A stretch of DNA of 32,403 bases from a virus (Duplodnaviria > Heunggongvirae > Uroviricota > Caudoviricetes). Of the stretch, positions 27,666 to 32,403 are shown in pieces. The position numbers and the translations under genes are program-made. Position 1 is the first letter of the stretch. Each line of letters begins with the position of its first letter. Below the pieces are notes generated by a model. The model was not told where the DNA came from, made no database searches, and saw only the letters and a list, made by a program, of their open reading frames with translations. The stretch is taken from IMG/VR virus record IMGVR_UViG_2675903336_000004. One strand, given 5' to 3'.

Positions 27666-30600
27666 ATGGGTAAAGGCAGCAGTAAGGGGCATACCCCGCG
27701 CGAAGCGAAGGACAACCTGAAGTCCACGCAGCTGCTGAGTGTGATCGATGCCATCAGCGAAGGGCCGGTTGAAGGTCCGGTGGATGGATTAAAAAGCGTG
27801 CTGCTGAACAGTACGCCGGTGCTGGACAGTGAGGGGAATACCAACATCTCCGGCGTCACGGTGGTGTTCCGGGCAGGTGAGCAGGAGCAGTCACCGCCGG
27901 AGGGATTTGAATCCTCCGGCTCCGAGACGGTGCTGGGTACGGAAGTGAAATATGACACGCCGATCACCCGGACCATCACGTCGGCAAACATTGACCGACT
28001 GCGTTTTACCTTCGGTGTACAGGCACTGGTGGAAACCACCTCAAAGGGAGACAGGAATCCGTCTGAAGTTCGCCTGCTGGTTCAGATACAGCGTAACGGT
28101 GGCTGGGTGACGGAAAAAGACATCACCATTAAGGGCAAAACCACCTCGCAGTATCTGGCCTCGGTGGTGGTGGATAACCTGCCGCCGCGCCCGTTTAATA
28201 TCCGGATGCGCAGAATGACGCCGGACAGCACCACAGACCAGCTGCAGAACAAAACGCTCTGGTCGTCATACACCGAAATCATCGATGTGAAACAGTGCTA
28301 CCCGAACACGGCACTGGTCGGCGTACAGGTGGATTCGGAGCAGTTCGGCAGCCAGCAGGTGAGCCGTAATTATCATCTTCGCGGGCGCATTCTGCAGGTG
28401 CCGTCGAACTATAATCCGCAGACGCGGCAATACAGCGGTATCTGGGACGGAACGTTAAAACCGGCATACAGCAACAACATGGCCTGGTGTCTGTGGGATA
28501 TGCTGACCCATCCGCGCTATGGCATGGGGAAACGTCTTGGTGCGGCAGATGTGGATAAATGGGCGCTGTATGTCATCGGCCAGTACTGTGACCAGTCGGT
28601 GCCGGACGGCTTTGGCAGCACGGAGCCGCGCATCACCTGTAATGCCTGGCTGACCACACAGCGCAAGGCGTGGGATGTGCTCAGTGATTTCTGCTCGGCG
28701 ATGCGCTGTATGCCGGTATGGAACGGGCAGACGCTGACGTTCGTGCAGGACCGACAGTCGGATAAGGTGTGGGCCTATAACCGCAGTAATGTGGTGATGC
28801 CGGATGATGGCGCGCCGTTCCGCTACAGTTTCAGCGCCCTGAAAGACCGCCATAATGCCGTTGAGGTGAACTGGATTGACCCGGATAACGGCTGGGAGAC
28901 GGCGACAGAGCTTGTGGAGGATACGCAGGCCATTGTCCGTTACGGTCGTAACGTCACGAAGATGGATGCCTTTGGCTGTACCAGCCGGGGGCAGGCACAC
29001 CGCGCCGGGCTGTGGCTGATTAAAACGGAACTGCTGGAGACGCAGACCGTGGATTTCAGCGTGGGTGCTGAAGGGCTTCGTCATGTACCGGGCGATGTCA
29101 TTGAAATCTGCGATGATGACTATGCCGGTATCCGCACCGGCGGGCGCGTGCTGGCGGTGAACAGCCAGACCCGGACGCTGACGCTCGACCGTGAAATCAC
29201 GCTGCCATCCTCCGGCACCACGCTGATAAGCCTGGTTGACGGGCAGGGGAATCCGGTCAGCGTGGAGGTCCAGTCCGTCACCGACGGCGTGAAGGTAAAA
29301 GTGAGCCGTGTTCCTGACGGTGTTGCTGAATACAGCGTGTGGGGGCTGAAGCTGCCGACGCTGCACCAGCGATTGTTCCGCTGCGTGAGTATCCGTGAGA
29401 ACGACGACGGCACGTATGCCATCACCGCCGTGCAGCATGTGCCGGAAAAAGAAGCCATCGTGGATAACGGGGCGCACTTTGACGGCGACCAGAGCGGCAC
29501 GGTGAATGGTGTCACGCCGCCAGCGGTGCAGCACCTGACTGCCGAAGTCACCGCAGACAGCGGGGAATATCAGGTGCTGGCGCGCTGGGACACGCCGAAG
29601 GTGGTGAAGGGCGTGAGCTTCCTGCTCCGTCTGACCGTAACAGCGGATGACGGCAGTGAGCGGCTGGTCAGCACGGCCCGGACGACGGAAACCACTTACC
29701 GCTTCACACAACTGGCGCTGGGGAACTACANNNNNNNNNNNNNNNNNNNNNNNNNNNNNNNNNNNNNNNNNNNNNNNNNNNNNNNNNNNNNNNNNNNNNN
29801 NNNNNNNNNNNNNNNNNNNNNNNNNNNNNNNNNNNNNNNNNNNNNNNNNNNNNNNNNNNNNNNNNNNNNNNNNNNNNNNNNNNNNNNNNNNNNNNNNNNN
29901 NNNNNNNNNNNNNNNNNNNNNNNNNNNNNNNNNNNNNNNNNNNNNNNNNNNNNNNNNNNNNNNNNNNNNNNNNNNNNNNNNNNATCAAACCGGGCCATGA
30001 TTATTACTTTTATATCCGCAGTGTGAACACCGTTGGCAAATCGGCATTCGTGGAGGCTGTTGGTCAGCCGAGTGATGATGCATCCGGTTATCTGGATTTT
30101 TTCAAAGGCGAGATAGGGAAAACCCATCTGGCTCAGGAGCTGTGGACGCAGATTGATAACGGTCAGCTTGCGCCTGACCTGGCTGAAATCAGGACGTCCA
30201 TTACGGATGTCAGCAATGAAATCACGCAGACCGTCAATAAGAAACTGGAAGACCAGAGTGCGGCAATTCAGCAGATACAGAAGGTTCAGGTTGATACAAA
30301 TAATAACCTGAACAGCATGTGGGCTGTGAAGCTGCAGCAGATGCAGGACGGACGCCTTTATATCGCGGGTATTGGTGCCGGTATTGAGAACACCCCTGAC
30401 GGCATGCAGAGTCAGGTGCTGCTGGCGGCGGACAGGATTGCGATGGTTAATCCTGCGAATGGCAACACAAAACCGATGTTTGTTGGTCAGGGCGATCAGA
30501 TATTCATGAACGACGTGTTCCTGAAACGCCTGACGGCCCCCACCATTACCAGCGGTGGAAATCCATCGGCATTTTCCCTGACTCCGGACGGAAAGCTGAC

Positions 30601-31147
30601 CGCTAAAAATGCGGATATCAGTGGCAGTGTGAATGCGAACGCCGGGACGCTCAACAATGTCACGGTAAATGAAAACTGTACGATTAAGGGCATGCTGGAG
30701 GCGACTCAGGTCAGAGGTGACTTCGTTAAAGCTGTATCCAAATCATTTCCGAAACAGGCTGGTACGTGGGGTAACACGGAAACACCAAACGGGACGGTTA
30801 CAGTCACCATAAGCGATGATCATAACTTTGACCGCCAGATTATTATTCCGCCCATTATTTTTAACGGTATAGCGTATGACGATCCGGGGAGCGGAAATAA
30901 CCCAGGAGGCACGCGATACACGGGTTATGGTTTTGAAGTTCGCAAAAACGGCGTATTAATCGCATCCAGAGAAACTAAAGGTGCCATTCCCGGTAGTTAC
31001 AGTGCAGTTATTGATATGCCTAGTGGTGGTGGTAGCGTCACTCTGGAGTTTAAGATTTTCCAGAAAGGCAATCAGGGGGCAGGCAATATCACCGACTGTA
31101 CGGTGATTGTGACCAAAAAAGCGGCTTCCGGCATCAGTATTCGTTGA
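27666..31147 (+). CDS. J: central tail fiber / host specificity protein J (contains masked gap 29731-29983; C-terminal region diverged from lambda)
   Basis: [34 protein letters not shown]... matches lambda gpJ over about 680 residues before the gap. After the gap ...[22 protein letters not shown]... continues to the stop at 31147. The last about 150 aa differ from the lambda J receptor-binding region as recalled. Confidence 0.9.
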
Positions 31148-31169
31148 AATATTTATAACCCCAATAAAT

Positions 31170-31193
31170 GGCGTCAGGAATGACGCCTTTTTT
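31170..31193 (+). terminator. rho-independent terminator downstream of J
   Basis: Hairpin GGCGTCA-ggaa-TGACGCC followed by TTTTTT. Confidence 0.8.
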
Positions 31194-31217
31194 ATTGCAG
31201 AAAAGCGAGAGGTAATT

Positions 31218-31734
31218 ATGCGTAAAGTTTGTGCAGCCATTTTGTCCGCAGCCATTTGCCTGGCCGTATCCGGTGCGCCTGCATGGGCGTCTGAACATCA
31301 GTCCACGCTGAGCGCGGGGTATCTTCATGCCCGGACCAACGTTCCCGGCAGTGATGATCTGAACGGGATTAACGTGAAATACCGTTATGAGTTTACGGAT
31401 ACGCTGGGGCTGGTGACGTCATTCAGCTATGCAGGAGACAAGAATCGCCAGCTGACCCGTTACAGCGATACCCGCTGGCATGAAGATTCCGTGCGTAACC
31501 GCTGGTTCAGCGTGATGGCGGGGCCGTCTGTGCGCGTGAATGAATGGTTCAGCGCGTATGCGATGGCGGGTGTGGCTTACAGCCGTGTGTCGACTTTTTC
31601 CGGGGATTATATCCGCGTAACTGACAATAAGGGGAAAACGCACGATGTGCTGACCGGAAGTGATGACGGTCGCCACAGCAACACGTCTCTGGCGCACTGA
31701 CGGTTTCATCGTGGGTGTCGGTTATAAATTCTGA
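31218..31734 (+). pseudogene. lom: lom-like outer-membrane protein gene (Ail/Lom/OmpX family), apparently frameshifted near the 3' end
   Basis: The 160-aa ORF has a signal peptide (MRKVCAAILSAAICLAVSGAPAWA) and Lom-like motifs (GINVKYRYEFTD, SVMAGP, SAYAMAGVAYSR). It stops at 31698-31700, yet the family-typical C-terminal strand WRTDGFIVGVGYKF-stop is encoded in another frame at 31690-31734. Confidence 0.6.
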
Positions 31735-31761
31735 TTAGCCAGGTAACACAGTGTTATGACA

Positions 31762-31787
31762 GCCCGCCGGTTCAGGCGGGCTTTTTT
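31762..31787 (+). terminator. rho-independent terminator between lom and stf
   Basis: Hairpin GCCCGCC-ggttca-GGCGGGC followed by TTTTTT. Confidence 0.8.
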
Positions 31788-31798
31788 GTGGGGTGAAT

Positions 31799-32403
31799 AT
31801 GGCAGTAAAGATTTCAGGTGTACTGAAAGACGGCACAGGAAAACCGGTACAGAACTGCACAATCCAGCTGAAAGCAAAACGTAACAGCACCACGGTGGTG
31901 GTGAACACGCTGGCCTCAGAAAATCCGGATGAAGCCGGGCGTTACAGCATGGACGTTGAGTACGGTCAGTACAGCGTTATTCTGTTGGTGGAAGGATTCC
32001 CGCCGTCACATGCCGGGACCATCACCGTGTATGAAGATTCCCGACCCGGTACGCTGAATGATTTTCTCGGTGCCATGACGGAGGATGATGCCCGTCCGGA
32101 GGCACTGCGCCGTTTTGAGCTGATGGTGGAAGAGGTGGCGCGTAACGCGTCCGCGGTGGCACAGAACACGGCAGCCGCGAAGAAATCAGCCAGCGATGCC
32201 AGCACATCAGCCCGTGAGGCGGCAACCCATGCGACTGATGCTGCAGATTCAGCACGTGCAGCCAGCACGTCAGCCGGACAGGCCGCTTCGTCGGCTCAGT
32301 CAGCGTCTTCCAGCGCAGGAACGGCATCAACAAAGGCCACTGAAGCCTCAAAAAGTGCTGCCGCTGCAGAGTCCTCAAAAAGCGCGGCGGCTACCAGTGC
32401 CGG
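31799..32403 (+). CDS. stf: side tail fiber protein Stf, N-terminal part (runs off the window end)
   Basis: ATG at 31799 with RBS GTGGGG, then MAVKISGVLKDGTGKPVQNCTIQLKAKRNSTTVVVNTLASENPDEAGRYSMDVEYGQYSV..., matching the lambda Stf N-terminus. Ala/Ser-rich low-complexity region follows. No stop within the window. Confidence 0.85.
   Translation, partial: MAVKISGVLKDGTGKPVQNCTIQLKAKRNSTTVVVNTLASENPDEAGRYSMDVEYGQYSVILLVEGFPPSHAGTITVYEDSRPGTLNDFLGAMTEDDARPEALRRFELMVEEVARNASAVAQNTAAAKKSASDASTSAREAATHATDAADSARAASTSAGQAASSAQSASSSAGTASTKATEASKSAAAAESSKSAAATSA

Noticed and set aside
28455-29711. Long antisense ORFs inside J (28455-29711), pri-rep (9947-10672), L/K (25871-26614) and A (1916-2683)
   Set aside because: They lie opposite genes with strong homology support, lack RBS context, and are the kind of stop-free antisense frames expected in GC-rich coding DNA.

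Overview
This window is the left-arm (morphogenesis) region of a lambda-like prophage: cos, nu1, A, W, B, C/nu3, D, E, FI, FII, Z, U, V, G/G-T, H, M, L, K, I, J, a frameshifted lom and the start of stf. Most proteins are near-identical to phage lambda as I recall it; no search was run. The main finding is that portal gene B is split at about codon 276 by a ~10.9 kb integrative element (about 4842-15747). Its 3' part resumes in frame at 15746. The insert has the layout of a phage satellite (PICI/cfPICI-like): tyrosine integrase, AlpA, Bro-N protein, a divergent regulatory region with a palindromic operator, a coupled small-ORF operon, primase-helicase (pri-rep), an iteron-rich putative ori and SSB. 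It also carries its own lambda-type packaging/capsid module: a gpE-like major capsid paralog, a gpD-like decoration paralog, a second AlpA-like HTH protein, a canonical lambda cosN and a Nu1-like small terminase with a diverged N-terminus. It has no portal, protease, scaffold, large terminase or tail genes, so it must depend on the helper. Near attR there is an unusual noncoding region with three tandem 54-bp units, each holding a different perfect hairpin. An AT-rich moron operon lies upstream of the prophage cos. Five N-runs (3140-3426, 16317-16584, 20247-20536, 24852-25123, 29731-29983) are masked or gap sequence; coordinates and frames across them are unreliable.
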